Positions 49,337 to 60,112 of a stretch of 64,000 nt of DNA are shown here, piece by piece. The stretch is from the NCBI GenBank assembly GCA_052034395.1, contig JBPOIP010000030.1, forward strand, positions 25,753 to 89,752, written 5' to 3'. Position numbers and translations under genes: made by a program. The notes beneath the pieces are model-generated. The model worked only from the letters and a program-made list of their open reading frames with translations, made no database searches and was not told the DNA's origin. How positions within the stretch are numbered: position 1 is the stretch's first letter; every line of letters starts with the position of its first letter. Source of the stretch: Pseudomonadota bacterium (GTDB lineage: Bacteria; Pseudomonadota; Gammaproteobacteria; Burkholderiales; Burkholderiaceae_C).

Positions 49337-51633
49337 TAAAAAGAGCTTCCAATCTGGAATTGCATGGACTGGATTCTATCGCTATCAAACTTCTTGATCG
49401 GCTTCGCAAAAGCAAGCCGCAAGGGGCCAACTGGCGATATCCAACTTATACCCACACCGTAAGAGCTTCGCATATCCGACAACTGCACCGCTTCATCCGG
49501 TCCGTAGATGCCACCAGCGTCCATGAACGTATAGACTCGTAAAGTACGATCCTTCCCTCCACCAGGCAACGGTGACAGAAGCTCCGCATTAAAGTTGATC
49601 TTCTTTGTTCCGCCTGTCGACGTCAGACCCAGGGCGCGCTGTGTGCCCGTTGTCAAACTTCCCTGCTCGAAACCCCGAACCGATCCCAATCCACCCGAGT
49701 AGAAATTCTTGAAAATGGGATAGGGTTTGTCATCGGTACCAGAGCCAACTGACAACTCAGCATTCAATGCAGCGGTGATCTTGTTGTTTACTGGAATGTA
49801 TTGTTGATAAGAAGCCGTCCCTCGGGCGTACTTCAAATCACCAGCGACACTCCACTCCGCTGACGCCCGAATCACCTTGCCGATTGTCGGAACCAACGCA
49901 CTGTCACGCGTATCGCGTCCCCAGCCCACGGTCAATGGCACAGCGTTGCTGGTAAACCCAAACCGGTTTGCAAAATCTTGGTAAACAACCGGTAACAAAT
50001 TACCAGGAACGACCGTCGTTTGATCAACACCCAGACCAAAATACACCGTGTCATACTCAGTGAAAGGTACGCCAAAACGCATACTGCCACCCGTTGTCTC
50101 TATGGCATAGCTATTGATGTCCACATAGGGCTTGGAATTTCTCTGATAAACGTCAATCGTTCGGGAAATACCATCTTCAGTAAAGTACGGATTGGTTGTG
50201 TTGAATACCAATGTGCGGTTCTGTTTGCTCGTATTGAGTTCAATTCCCAACGAGTTGCCAGAACCAAACGCGTTGTCCTGTTTGAAGCCAAAAGAAAATC
50301 CAAAACCATCTGCACTCGAAATTCCCGCCCCCAGGCTGATACTGCCCGTGGGTTTCTCTGCCACGGTAACGGTCAGGTCCACTTGATCCATTGAACCCGG
50401 AACCTCCGACGTATCCATGGTTACTTCCTTGAAATAACCGAGCCTATCGACACGATTACGCGACTGCCGAATTTTTTCGCCGTCGTACCAAGACGCCTCA
50501 AACTGACGGAACTCTCTGCGAATCACTTCGTCCCGGGTTCGATCGTTGCCAGCAACATTGATACGACGCACATAAACACGTCGAGACGGATCGGCCTGGA
50601 GGGTGACCTCTACGCGATTGGTCGCACGGTCGATGGTTGTTCGCGGCTCAACCCGAGAGAATGCGTAACCGAAATTTCCAAAATAGTCTGTAAACGCTTT
50701 GGTTGTAAGCGCTATCTGGTCCGCGTTATAGGGCTTGCCAACCTGAATCGCAACCAACGAACGAAATTCATCGTCCTTGCCCAAGAAATTTCCAACTAGG
50801 TTGACTTTGGAAACCACGAACTGATCGCCTTCAGACACATTGATCGTGATGCCAATATCCTGCTTGTTGGGAGATATGGCAACCTGAGTCGATTCCACCT
50901 TGAATTCGAGATACCCGCGGGCCAGATAATAGGATCGCAGTGCCTCAAGATCCGAATTGAGCTTGGTCCGCGCATAGCGGTCTGACTTGGTGTACCAACT
51001 GAGCCATCCCCCGGTGTCCAGATCAAACTGTGATCGCAGGGTTGAATCAGAAAAGACCTTATTACCAACAATTTGAATATCGTTGATCTTTGCCGGCTCT
51101 CCCTCAACGACTGAGAAACTGAGGTTGACGCGGTTGCGGTCGACGGGAGTTATCGTCGTCACAACCTCCGATGCATACATGCTCCGGTTTATGTATTGAC
51201 GCTTCAACTCCTGCTCAGCCCGATCAACCTGAGCCTTGTCAAAAGGTCGTCCATCAGCCAAGCCGATCTGCATGAGCGCCTTTTTCAGTACATCCTTGTC
51301 GAATTCCTTGGCACCAACAAAGTCAACTTCAGCGATGGTTGGACGCTCCTCCACAATTACAACCAATACGTCCGCACTCACATCAATCCGCACGTCCTTG
51401 AACAGGCCAAGACCAAACAGCGCCTTGATCGATGCAGCGGCTTTCTCATCACTGTACGTGTCACCAACACGCACAGGCAGTGATGCAAAGATTGTTCCAG
51501 CCTCGGCTCTTTGCAGGCCTTCAACTCGAATGTCCTTGACCGTAAATGGCTCAACCGCCATTGCCCCCTGAAATAGCAAAAGCGATGCGGCCGCGATGGA
51601 AGCACTGCGCAGAAAATTACGATTGAATTGCAT
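49336..51633 (-). CDS. bamA: Outer membrane protein assembly factor BamA
   Basis: POTRA repeats, SVRGFEQG, C-terminal QFQIGSSF. Confidence 0.96.
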   Translation of the reverse strand: MQFNRNFLRSASIAAASLLLFQGAMAVEPFTVKDIRVEGLQRAEAGTIFASLPVRVGDTYSDEKAAASIKALFGLGLFKDVRIDVSADVLVVIVEERPTIAEVDFVGAKEFDKDVLKKALMQIGLADGRPFDKAQVDRAEQELKRQYINRSMYASEVVTTITPVDRNRVNLSFSVVEGEPAKINDIQIVGNKVFSDSTLRSQFDLDTGGWLSWYTKSDRYARTKLNSDLEALRSYYLARGYLEFKVESTQVAISPNKQDIGITINVSEGDQFVVSKVNLVGNFLGKDDEFRSLVAIQVGKPYNADQIALTTKAFTDYFGNFGYAFSRVEPRTTIDRATNRVEVTLQADPSRRVYVRRINVAGNDRTRDEVIRREFRQFEASWYDGEKIRQSRNRVDRLGYFKEVTMDTSEVPGSMDQVDLTVTVAEKPTGSISLGAGISSADGFGFSFGFKQDNAFGSGNSLGIELNTSKQNRTLVFNTTNPYFTEDGISRTIDVYQRNSKPYVDINSYAIETTGGSMRFGVPFTEYDTVYFGLGVDQTTVVPGNLLPVVYQDFANRFGFTSNAVPLTVGWGRDTRDSALVPTIGKVIRASAEWSVAGDLKYARGTASYQQYIPVNNKITAALNAELSVGSGTDDKPYPIFKNFYSGGLGSVRGFEQGSLTTGTQRALGLTSTGGTKKINFNAELLSPLPGGGKDRTLRVYTFMDAGGIYGPDEAVQLSDMRSSYGVGISWISPVGPLRLAFAKPIKKFDSDRIQSMQFQIGSSF

Positions 51634-51681
51634 TTTTATCAATTAAAGTAGTCGGGCTATCTGGCAGCCGGCCAAAAACAG

Positions 51682-53043
51682 TCACAGCAGTAAACGCGTT
51701 ACGTCATTGACCAGCGCAATAGACATCAGCAGCAGTAAAGTAGCAAAACCGAGTTTTTGCGTACGCTCTATCCACCTCTGCGCAACCGGTTTTCCGGATA
51801 ACGCCTCCCAAAGATAATACATCAGGTGCCCACCATCCAACATTGGCACAGGTAGCAAATTAAGTACTGCCAAACTCACACTCATGAGTGCCAGGAAAAG
51901 CACGAACTGCGTTGGTCCAACGGAAGCAGATTTTCCTGCGTACTCTGCGATTGTGAGTGGACCACTAACGCTCTTGATCGATGCGGTGCCAGATACAACC
52001 TGTCCTATTGCGCGTATCGTCAGTGAAGTTATTTCCCAGGTTTGGCGAAATGCCGCGACAAACCCATCAAGCCAATCATATTGAACCCTCGAGACTGCGG
52101 GTTGAGAACCAATGAAGGCGCCGACGCGCCCAATCGTGTTACCGCCCTCTTGGACCAACTGTGGGAAAACAGAGATCTGCAATTCTTCATTGTTGCGAAT
52201 CACCGACCACATTTGCTGCTTTGTGACACCTTGGCGACCAGCCAAACGGATCATTCCACGCAATTGCGCAGCATCAACAATGTCTGTTTGGTCTACCCGA
52301 GTCACAACATCACCGGGCAAAAGTCCCGCTTTTTCTGCGGCACCGTTTGGTGTCAAAGCTCCCACTTGCGCCTTGGAGAAAGGACCAACCACTCCTATTT
52401 TCTGAAGCAGTTGATCTTGTCCTGGTTGTCCATCGACGTCTGCGAGCACCAGCAATGCGGTGCGCGTCCTAGTTGCGCCAGCGACATTGAACTCAACTTG
52501 CACATTGCGCCGATTCATTGCGGCTTGCACCAGCAGCAACCTCAAAGAATCAAAAGAGACCACGGGCTCCTGTCTGTCGTCCTCAAAACCCGCTTGCACT
52601 ATCTGCTCGCCGCCGGCAAAGCCAGATTTCGCCATCACCGAATCGACAGGAGGTTTGGCGAGGATTGCAACGGGTTGTTCAATACCCGTCCAGTTCACAA
52701 CACAATACAACACAAAGGCCAACAACAAGTTGGCAATCGGTCCTGCCGCAACAATGGCTGTTTTCTTTCTCAAAGGCTGATTGTTGAATGCGGCTTTGCT
52801 GTCTATGGGGTCGGACGACACATTTGTTTCGTCCAGCATCTGAACGTACCCGCCCAACGGTACCAGACACAAGGCATATTCGGTCCCCGAGTTTGAGGAC
52901 GTCCAACCTGCGAGCCGAGGGCCGAAACCCACTGAAAACCGCAACACTTTGACACCAGACATGCGCGCAATGACAAAATGTCCAGCCTCGTGCACCACAA
53001 TCAGTACGGCAAGGGCAACAATGAACGCTCCCAATGTCAACAT
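51682..53043 (-). CDS. rseP: RIP metalloprotease RseP
   Basis: HEAGH, PLGGYV, AAGPIAN, PDZ domains, NLLPVPMLDGGH. Confidence 0.96.
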   Translation of the reverse strand: MLTLGAFIVALAVLIVVHEAGHFVIARMSGVKVLRFSVGFGPRLAGWTSSNSGTEYALCLVPLGGYVQMLDETNVSSDPIDSKAAFNNQPLRKKTAIVAAGPIANLLLAFVLYCVVNWTGIEQPVAILAKPPVDSVMAKSGFAGGEQIVQAGFEDDRQEPVVSFDSLRLLLVQAAMNRRNVQVEFNVAGATRTRTALLVLADVDGQPGQDQLLQKIGVVGPFSKAQVGALTPNGAAEKAGLLPGDVVTRVDQTDIVDAAQLRGMIRLAGRQGVTKQQMWSVIRNNEELQISVFPQLVQEGGNTIGRVGAFIGSQPAVSRVQYDWLDGFVAAFRQTWEITSLTIRAIGQVVSGTASIKSVSGPLTIAEYAGKSASVGPTQFVLFLALMSVSLAVLNLLPVPMLDGGHLMYYLWEALSGKPVAQRWIERTQKLGFATLLLLMSIALVNDVTRLLL

Positions 53044-53061
53044 GGTCACGTGTCTCCGCGC

Positions 53062-54261
53062 TTACCCACGCAAGCGTGATACCTTTTCATTCGCTTCCTG
53101 CCGCGCCCGATTGTCAAGTTCAAGCAGATCCCCGAGTGAGCCAGGCAACTGGGGCTGAACAGAATTCAAGGTGTCAATGTTGACCTGATAAATCTGGTCA
53201 TATCTGATACGTCGATCAAGAAAAGCCGCAACAGCCACCTCATTTGCTGCGTTCAAAATCGCGGTAGTTCCTTTCGGTCCAGCCAGAGCATCCCAAGCCA
53301 AACCGATTCCAGGAAAGCGTTCCTTGTGTGCAACTGTATCAATAGCCTCAAAGCTCAGTGCCGACAGAGTCGCGAATTCCAACGCAGAGGCCCCTGAAGT
53401 AACTCTTTTCGGCCACGCCAGTCCGTAAGCAATAGGCGCGCGCATGTCCGGCGTACCCATTTGTGCAATTACCGAATGGTCCACATACTGCACCATGGAG
53501 TGAATCACGCTCTGGGGATGGATAACGACCTGAATTTGGGAGGATTCAACACCGAACAGGAACTTGGCTTCGATAACCTCAAGTGCCTTATTCATCATGG
53601 TGGCTGAATCCACAGATATTTTGCGCCCCATGACCCAATTGGGGTGGGCACAGGCCTCTTCGGGTGTTACGTGGCGGAGAGTAGACGGATCCCGACTCCT
53701 AAAAGGGCCACCCGATGCAGTCAAAATGATTTTATCAATGCTTGAAGCCCAATCCCTGGGGTTGGCGGGCAAAGACTGAAATACGGCGGAATGTTCACTA
53801 TCAATTGGTAGCAGCGTTGCGCCACCATTGGCGACAGTATCCATAAACAGTTGACCACCAACTACCAGTGCCTCCTTATTCGCCAGAAGCAATCGCTTGC
53901 CCGATTTTGCAGCAGACAGACAAGGTGCCAAACCAGCGGCACCAACGATGGCAGCCATCACGATGTCGACGGTTTCGTGTGAGGCAACCATTTCAAGGGA
54001 ACCGTTACCCCACAAGACCTGCGTCGATAGACCTTCTGCCAAGCAGGATTGCAAGAGAGCCCTGCCATGAACCTCACTCGCCATAACGGCATACTTCGGC
54101 TGGTAGCGTGCACACTGCTTCAACATCGTGTCAACACTGGTGGATGCGGTCAGGGCAAAAACCTCAAATTCATCTCGATTCCGATCAATTACATCAAGGG
54201 TATTGACACCAATTGATCCCGTCGAACCCAACACCACAACCTGCGACTTTTTCATATTCAC
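53062..54261 (-). CDS. dxr: 1-deoxy-D-xylulose 5-phosphate reductoisomerase
   Basis: LGSTGSIG, LANKE, PIDSEH, HPNWVMGRKISVDSATMMNK. Confidence 0.97.
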   Translation of the reverse strand: MNMKKSQVVVLGSTGSIGVNTLDVIDRNRDEFEVFALTASTSVDTMLKQCARYQPKYAVMASEVHGRALLQSCLAEGLSTQVLWGNGSLEMVASHETVDIVMAAIVGAAGLAPCLSAAKSGKRLLLANKEALVVGGQLFMDTVANGGATLLPIDSEHSAVFQSLPANPRDWASSIDKIILTASGGPFRSRDPSTLRHVTPEEACAHPNWVMGRKISVDSATMMNKALEVIEAKFLFGVESSQIQVVIHPQSVIHSMVQYVDHSVIAQMGTPDMRAPIAYGLAWPKRVTSGASALEFATLSALSFEAIDTVAHKERFPGIGLAWDALAGPKGTTAILNAANEVAVAAFLDRRIRYDQIYQVNIDTLNSVQPQLPGSLGDLLELDNRARQEANEKVSRLRG

Positions 54262-55103
54262 ACCATGGCCAAAAATAGCGCAAGTGGCAGGACCGGCAAC
54301 AATGCATCCAATCGATCCAGAACACCACCATGACCTGGCAACAAGCCGCTGCTGTCCTTGACACCTGCGCTTCGCTTGAACAGCGACTCGACCAAATCTC
54401 CGACGATACTCATCATCGCCAAAAACAAAACCGAAAGCACCATGAAAGCGATATGCACATCGGCCGTGCGTGTGTAAATACTGGGCGATGCAGTACTACC
54501 AGCAGAGTCCATTGCACGCCAACAGAAGCCACAGGCGGCAACGCCGATGAACCCACCAATAGCTCCCTCCCAAGTCTTTCCGGGACTGATCGTCGGTGCC
54601 AGTTTGCGCGAAAAAATGCGTCCGCCTAGAGCCCTACCAGCGAAATAGGCAAAAATGTCAGCCACCCACACCAGAACCAATATCGAAAACAAGAAATTGA
54701 TGCCAACAGTGCGCGCCTTTGAGACGGCGAGCCAAGCCAGCCAAAGTGCCCCAACACCCCCCATTAATCTCAATGCCCTGGGGATGCGCGTCCAGGCTAC
54801 AACGCCGCCGTTGAGCAACCATGCGCCCATAATTACCCAAACTCCGCCGCCAATCAGCCAAACCGACTGCAATTGAAGTTTCAATACACCCGCATACCAT
54901 GACAGGACACATACCGTCGCACAAATCAACCCGGTTGCCACGGAACCAATTGGGCCGCATTGATTCAGCTTACCCCACTCCCATGCACCCGCTGCAACCA
55001 GAACCACTGAAATCGCAAGGAACGCGCGAGCATCCTGATAAAAAACAGCCGGAACCAAAATGAACAGCAACACCAACGCTGTCATAACTCGCTGTTTCAG
55101 CAT
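54258..55103 (-). CDS. cdsA: Phosphatidate cytidylyltransferase
   Basis: SPGKTWEG, GDLVESLFKR, KDSSGLLPGHGGVLDRLD. Confidence 0.96.
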   Translation of the reverse strand: MLKQRVMTALVLLFILVPAVFYQDARAFLAISVVLVAAGAWEWGKLNQCGPIGSVATGLICATVCVLSWYAGVLKLQLQSVWLIGGGVWVIMGAWLLNGGVVAWTRIPRALRLMGGVGALWLAWLAVSKARTVGINFLFSILVLVWVADIFAYFAGRALGGRIFSRKLAPTISPGKTWEGAIGGFIGVAACGFCWRAMDSAGSTASPSIYTRTADVHIAFMVLSVLFLAMMSIVGDLVESLFKRSAGVKDSSGLLPGHGGVLDRLDALLPVLPLALFLAMV

Positions 55104-55840
55104 CAAATTTCCTTGCCAGAAACTATGGAAGTAGTGTCTGACACTTGATCCGACGTCTTGCCGAATCGTCGCTCTCGCAAGCGGTACTCCGCCAAGGCTG
55201 CATCGAGAGCAGCCTCGTCAAAGTCTGGCCACAATAATGGACAGAAATAGAGTTCTGCATAGGCTGCCTGCCACAGCAAAAAATTGCTGAGTCGAGTCTC
55301 ATTGCCGGTGCGTATGATTAAATCCGGATCTCCACAGTGAGCCAAAGACAACCCAGCAGAAAGACTTTGTTCGGAAATGGGAATGCCATCAGCGGCCAGT
55401 CTTGCGGCCGCGGTAGCTATCTCCCATCGCCCACCGTAGTTAAAACACACATTGAGCGTCAATGCAGTGTTGAGCTCCGTGGCCGCCTCAGCCTCTTCCA
55501 AGCCTCGCTTAACCCTCGAAGACAAATTGTCACGCGCTCCGATGAAACGAATCCGAACACCATCACGCTGCAGCTTCGGAACTTCGCGAGAAAGTGCCAA
55601 GGCCAAAATATCCATTAAACCCGACACTTCTTCGGCCGGGCGGTTCCAATTCTCCGAAGAAAATGCAAATACGGTTAGAGCGGATATGCCTCTACTCGGG
55701 CAAAGACTAACGATGCGTTTGAGCGCATCCACACCCTGCTTGTGGCCTGCAATACGAGGCAGGAAGCGCTTGGATGCCCACCGTCCGTTGCCATCCATGA
55801 CAATGGCAACATGGAGTGGTGCAGAAACTTTTTCACTCAT
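55103..55840 (-). CDS. uppS: Undecaprenyl diphosphate synthase
   Basis: HVAIVMDGNGRWA, FSSENWNRP, NYGGR, RLSNFLLWQ. Confidence 0.97.
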   Translation of the reverse strand: MSEKVSAPLHVAIVMDGNGRWASKRFLPRIAGHKQGVDALKRIVSLCPSRGISALTVFAFSSENWNRPAEEVSGLMDILALALSREVPKLQRDGVRIRFIGARDNLSSRVKRGLEEAEAATELNTALTLNVCFNYGGRWEIATAAARLAADGIPISEQSLSAGLSLAHCGDPDLIIRTGNETRLSNFLLWQAAYAELYFCPLLWPDFDEAALDAALAEYRLRERRFGKTSDQVSDTTSIVSGKEI

Positions 55841-55870
55841 CAATGACCACTCGTGAGATTGCGTTTGAAT

Positions 55871-56431
55871 TCAAACCGCCATGATGTCGTGTTCTTTTGC
55901 AGCGACCAAACGATCAACCTCCGTAATGTGTCGATCTGTCATTTTTTGAATTTCGGCCTCTGAACGTTTTTGATCATCTTCTGACGCCAATTTGTCTTTA
56001 ACCAATTTTTTGACGGCCTCGTTCGCATCGCGACGCAAGTTGCGCACAGCAATCTTTGCACTCTCTCCTTCCGTGCGTACAACCTTGCTCAATTCACGCC
56101 GCCGCTCTTCAGTCATCAAAGGCATCGGAACACGTATTAGGTCCCCCATACTGGAAGGATTCAATCCCAAATCACTATCGCGAATCGCCTTTTCGATCTT
56201 TGCACCCATGCCTTTTTCCCAAGGCTGCACACTGATCGTTCGGGCGTCCAACAAAGAAAGATTGGCAACCTGACTGAGCGGAAGCATCGCGCCGTAGTAA
56301 TCTACATGAACCGTATCCAGCAATGCTGGGTTGGCACGACCAGTTCGAATTTTTGTCAGATTGTGCTTAAACGCTGAAATAGAAAGGTCCATTTTGCCGT
56401 CCAGCGTCTTTTTGATTTCATCAATTGCCAT
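55871..56431 (-). CDS. frr: Ribosome recycling factor
   Basis: [25 protein letters not shown]. Confidence 0.97.
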   Translation of the reverse strand: MAIDEIKKTLDGKMDLSISAFKHNLTKIRTGRANPALLDTVHVDYYGAMLPLSQVANLSLLDARTISVQPWEKGMGAKIEKAIRDSDLGLNPSSMGDLIRVPMPLMTEERRRELSKVVRTEGESAKIAVRNLRRDANEAVKKLVKDKLASEDDQKRSEAEIQKMTDRHITEVDRLVAAKEHDIMAV

Positions 56432-56472
56432 AAATCACCCCCGCTCATCCGTTCCAAATTTAGGTTACCCGT

Positions 56473-57195
56473 TTACACGTACACCAACGTTCCCTCGTCG
56501 TCACCCATCACTACACGCTTCAGTGCACCGTGTTTGAAAATTGAAAAGACCTTGATCGGAAGCTTTTGATCGCGACACAAGGCAAAAGCCGCCGCGTCCA
56601 TAATTCCCAGGTTTTGAGACATCGCATCATTGAATGTGATTTTTGAATAGCGTGTTGCCTGAGCGTCCTTTTTGGGGTCAGCCGTATATACCCCATCAAC
56701 TTTCGTAGCCTTCAACACAATCTCTGCACCAATTTCGGCACCTCTCAAAGCTGCCGCTGTATCCGTTGTGAAGAATGGGTTACCGGTACCCGCAGCAAAT
56801 ATCACGACCTTACCTTCTTCCAGATACTGAAGCGCCTTTGGCCTGACATAGGGTTCTACCACTTGCTCGATTCCAATTGCCGACATGACCCTGGCAACCA
56901 AACCCGCCTTGTTCATGGTATCCCCCAAAGCCAACGCATTCATTACCGTTGCAAGCATTCCCATGTAATCAGCCGTGGCCCGGTCCATGCCTACAGACCC
57001 CCCGGCGACACCGCGAAAAATATTTCCTCCACCAATCACCACAGCCACCTCAACACCCAATCGTGTTACTTCAGCAATTTCATCGACCATCCGAACGATA
57101 GTGGCCCGATTGATACCGAACTGGTCGTCACCCATCAAAGCCTCGCCTGACAACTTCAACAGAATTCGCTTGTAGGCAGGCTTTTCATGGCTCAT
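56473..57195 (-). CDS. pyrH: UMP kinase
   Basis: [26 protein letters not shown]. Confidence 0.97.
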   Translation of the reverse strand: MSHEKPAYKRILLKLSGEALMGDDQFGINRATIVRMVDEIAEVTRLGVEVAVVIGGGNIFRGVAGGSVGMDRATADYMGMLATVMNALALGDTMNKAGLVARVMSAIGIEQVVEPYVRPKALQYLEEGKVVIFAAGTGNPFFTTDTAAALRGAEIGAEIVLKATKVDGVYTADPKKDAQATRYSKITFNDAMSQNLGIMDAAAFALCRDQKLPIKVFSIFKHGALKRVVMGDDEGTLVYV

Positions 57196-57242
57196 GGTTA
57201 ACTCCGGTTAGGCGAATAGGGGCAGCTGACAGTGAATTTCAA

Positions 57243-58166
57243 TTATGACAATTGCTGGGCCGCAGCAACTTGTGCGGCGACTTCAGCCGCAAAGTCATCA
57301 ACCTTCTTTTCAATACCTTCACCAACCACATACAAAGTAAACGCCTTCACTGCCGTATTGGCAGCCTTCAACATCTGCTCCACGGTTTGTTTGTCATTCT
57401 TTACGAATGTCTGATTGAAGAGCGAAACTTCCTTGAGGTATTTTTGAACCCCACCGTCAATTCGTTTGGCGACAATTTCTGCAGACTGCACGGGCTTACC
57501 CGCTGCAGTTGCAACGGCAGCATCTTCCGCCGCCTTGGCCGCAGCAACCGAACGCTCGCGCTCAACCAACTCAGCTGGCACATCATCGCTGGTCAATGCC
57601 ACAGGTTTCATTGCGGCTACGTGCATGGCAACGTCCTTGGCTGCTACTGCATCACCTTCAAACTCTACAACCACACCGATTCGGGTGCCATGGAGATAGG
57701 AAGCAAGTTGTGAGCCGCTGGAAAAGCGTTTGAACCGCCGAAAGGTCATATTTTCGCCAATCTTTCCAATCAACCCCTTGCGCACATCCTCCAACGTAGG
57801 ACCAAAACCGTCCTGCTCGTACGGCAAAGCACTCAATGCGGCAACATCGGCGGGATTGTGCTTGACAACCAACAAGGCGGCCGCGTTGGCCAGGCCAAGA
57901 AAGCTATCGTTCTTGGTTACAAAATCGGTCTCGCAGTTGACTTCCATCAAAGAGCCAATTGCACCGTCCATGCTGCAGACAACAACACCTTCAGCCGTTA
58001 TGCGCGCCGCAGCCTTGCCTGCCTTGCTTCCCAATTTCACACGCAACAGTTCTTCGGCTTTTGTCATGTCGCCATCGGCTTCAGTCAATGCCCTCTTGCA
58101 CTCCATCATGGGAGCGTCAGTCTTTCCACGCAGTTCAGCAACCATGCTTGCGGTAATTGCAGCCAT
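57243..58166 (-). CDS. tsf: Elongation factor Ts
   Basis: [25 protein letters not shown]. Confidence 0.97.
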   Translation of the reverse strand: MAAITASMVAELRGKTDAPMMECKRALTEADGDMTKAEELLRVKLGSKAGKAAARITAEGVVVCSMDGAIGSLMEVNCETDFVTKNDSFLGLANAAALLVVKHNPADVAALSALPYEQDGFGPTLEDVRKGLIGKIGENMTFRRFKRFSSGSQLASYLHGTRIGVVVEFEGDAVAAKDVAMHVAAMKPVALTSDDVPAELVERERSVAAAKAAEDAAVATAAGKPVQSAEIVAKRIDGGVQKYLKEVSLFNQTFVKNDKQTVEQMLKAANTAVKAFTLYVVGEGIEKKVDDFAAEVAAQVAAAQQLS

Positions 58167-58205
58167 TTTGTTTCTCCGTAATCAGTTCAATAGTTTAATG
58201 AGGCT

Positions 58206-58230
58206 AAAAAAAAGGGGCCACGAAGCCCCA
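58206..58230 (-). terminator. Intrinsic terminator between rpsB and tsf
   Basis: Minus strand GGGGC-TTCGTG-GCCCC-TTTTTTTT. Confidence 0.75.
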
Positions 58231-58249
58231 AGGTTCGGGCGAAAAAACC

Positions 58250-59002
58250 TCACGCAGAAGCTTCACTCACCTCAACGAATTCATCTTCACTCTCTGCAGC
58301 GACCGCCTTGACGACATCATCCATCGCATTGGCACGCCCTTCCAAAATTGCATCTGCAATACCACGTGCATACAGCGTCACAGCCTTGGACGAGTCGTCA
58401 TTTCCCGGAATGACGTAGTCAATTCCTTCAGGAGAGTGGTTCGAATCAACGACTCCGATCAACGGGATACCCAATTTACGGGCTTCCGCAATTGCAATTT
58501 TGTGGTACCCCACATCGATGACGAAAATGGCATCCGGCAAGGTCGCCATGTCCTGAATTCCGCCAATGTCCTTTTCCAGTTTTTGCAACTCACGAGCAAA
58601 CATCAACTGCTCTTTCTTGCTCATGCTATCCAGTCCGGCTTCCTGTTGCGCCTTCATTTCCTTCAAGCGCTTGATAGACGTCTTGACTGTCTTGAAGTTG
58701 GTCAACATGCCACCCAGCCAGCGCTGATCCACAAATGGGACGCCCGCACGTTGCGCTTCTGCGGCGACTGTTTCACGCGCCTGACGCTTGGTACCAACCA
58801 TCAAAATGGTTCCGCGCTTGGCGGACAACTGACGCACAAACTTCGCTGCCTCCTGAAACATCGGGAGGGATTTTTCCAAATTGATGATGTGGATTTTGTT
58901 GCGGTGACCAAAAATAAACGGAGCCATTTTCGGATTCCAGAAACGGGTTTGATGCCCAAAATGGACACCCGCCTCAAGCATTTCACGCATTGTTACTGCC
59001 AT
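58250..59002 (-). CDS. rpsB: 30S ribosomal protein S2
   Basis: [26 protein letters not shown]. Confidence 0.98.
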   Translation of the reverse strand: MAVTMREMLEAGVHFGHQTRFWNPKMAPFIFGHRNKIHIINLEKSLPMFQEAAKFVRQLSAKRGTILMVGTKRQARETVAAEAQRAGVPFVDQRWLGGMLTNFKTVKTSIKRLKEMKAQQEAGLDSMSKKEQLMFARELQKLEKDIGGIQDMATLPDAIFVIDVGYHKIAIAEARKLGIPLIGVVDSNHSPEGIDYVIPGNDDSSKAVTLYARGIADAILEGRANAMDDVVKAVAAESEDEFVEVSEASA

Positions 59003-59026
59003 AATTTCTCCAAAAGGTTATGTCTA

Positions 59027-59148
59027 AAATTTGCTCACTAATCGGTTGCTCACTTCATCATGAACAATCAACACCTTGACCGAGCAAATTTGCGATTGGT
59101 TTGCCAGTGGTAGTTTCCTCTCACCAGCAAAGCCAATCAAGTATAACA
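59027..59148 (-). promoter_or_regulatory. rpsB extended -10 promoter and two-hairpin leader
   Basis: TGT-TATACT at about 59140-59148; stems GATTGG/CCAATC (59094-59138) and AAATTTGCTC/GAGCAAATTT (59027-59091). Confidence 0.6.
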
Positions 59149-59224
59149 TGCCCCATCGGATCACTGGAAGTGCGAGTGGTTTGCATGGTCGACATCGGTC
59201 CGTCGCGCACGTTAAGGACACACA

Positions 59225-60112
59225 ATGAAGGTCAGATTCTGGGGGGTGCGGGGGTCAATTGCGTCGCCTGGCCCGCAAACGGTCCGCTATGGTGGAAACA
59301 CCACATGCATTGAAGTTCGCACAGACAGCAATGAACTCATCATTCTGGATGCAGGCACAGGCATATTCCCACTATCGCAGACTTTGCTCTCCGAATTGCC
59401 GATTACGGCAAATGTCCTCATTACCCATTCGCATTGGGATCATATTCAAGGGCTGCCTTTTTTCGTGCCCAACTTTATTCCAGGCAACACATTACGGCTA
59501 CACGGCTGCTTCGATCCGGTTTCTGGAAAAGGCGTAGAACAAGTCATGTCAGTCCAATTGCAATATAGCTATTTTCCCGTCCGCGAGGCGGAAATGAAGG
59601 CGCGCATTGAGTACGAGACACTTGTGCCTGGTGAAACCATTCAAATTGGATCTGCCTTTGTAACTCCCTGCATGCTCAACCACCCCGTAATCAATTTTGG
59701 CTATCGCATTGAGTGCAATGGCAAGTCCGTGTTCTTCACTGGTGATCATGAGCAGCCATTCAACATCTACGAGGCCGGCGACGAAAAGCACGAGGAATAT
59801 CAATTATTTGTGGATGAAAAAATTGCCGCCATACACGAAGCCATGCGTGGCGTGGACGTTCTCATTTCTGATTGCTCGTATACGGACGCAGAATATCCGT
59901 CCAAGCGCGGATGGGGACACGGAACATTTGGTTCCGCCATAGCTTGCGCAAAAGAAGTTGGGGCTAAAGTCCTCTATTGCACGCACCACGAACCAAACCG
60001 AAGCGATGATGCATTGGAGATTGCGTTTGCCAAAGCGCTAGCCGATAACAGACCGTGGTCTGATGAAATCGATATTCGTCTCGCACGAGAAGGAGAAATC
60101 TACGACTTCTGA
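59225..60112 (+). CDS. MBL-fold metallo-hydrolase (RNase Z/phosphodiesterase-like)
   Basis: FWGVRGSIASPG, YGGNTTC, DAGTG, THSHWDHIQG, TGDHE, WGHG, HHEP. Confidence 0.88.
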   Translation: MKVRFWGVRGSIASPGPQTVRYGGNTTCIEVRTDSNELIILDAGTGIFPLSQTLLSELPITANVLITHSHWDHIQGLPFFVPNFIPGNTLRLHGCFDPVSGKGVEQVMSVQLQYSYFPVREAEMKARIEYETLVPGETIQIGSAFVTPCMLNHPVINFGYRIECNGKSVFFTGDHEQPFNIYEAGDEKHEEYQLFVDEKIAAIHEAMRGVDVLISDCSYTDAEYPSKRGWGHGTFGSAIACAKEVGAKVLYCTHHEPNRSDDALEIAFAKALADNRPWSDEIDIRLAREGEIYDF

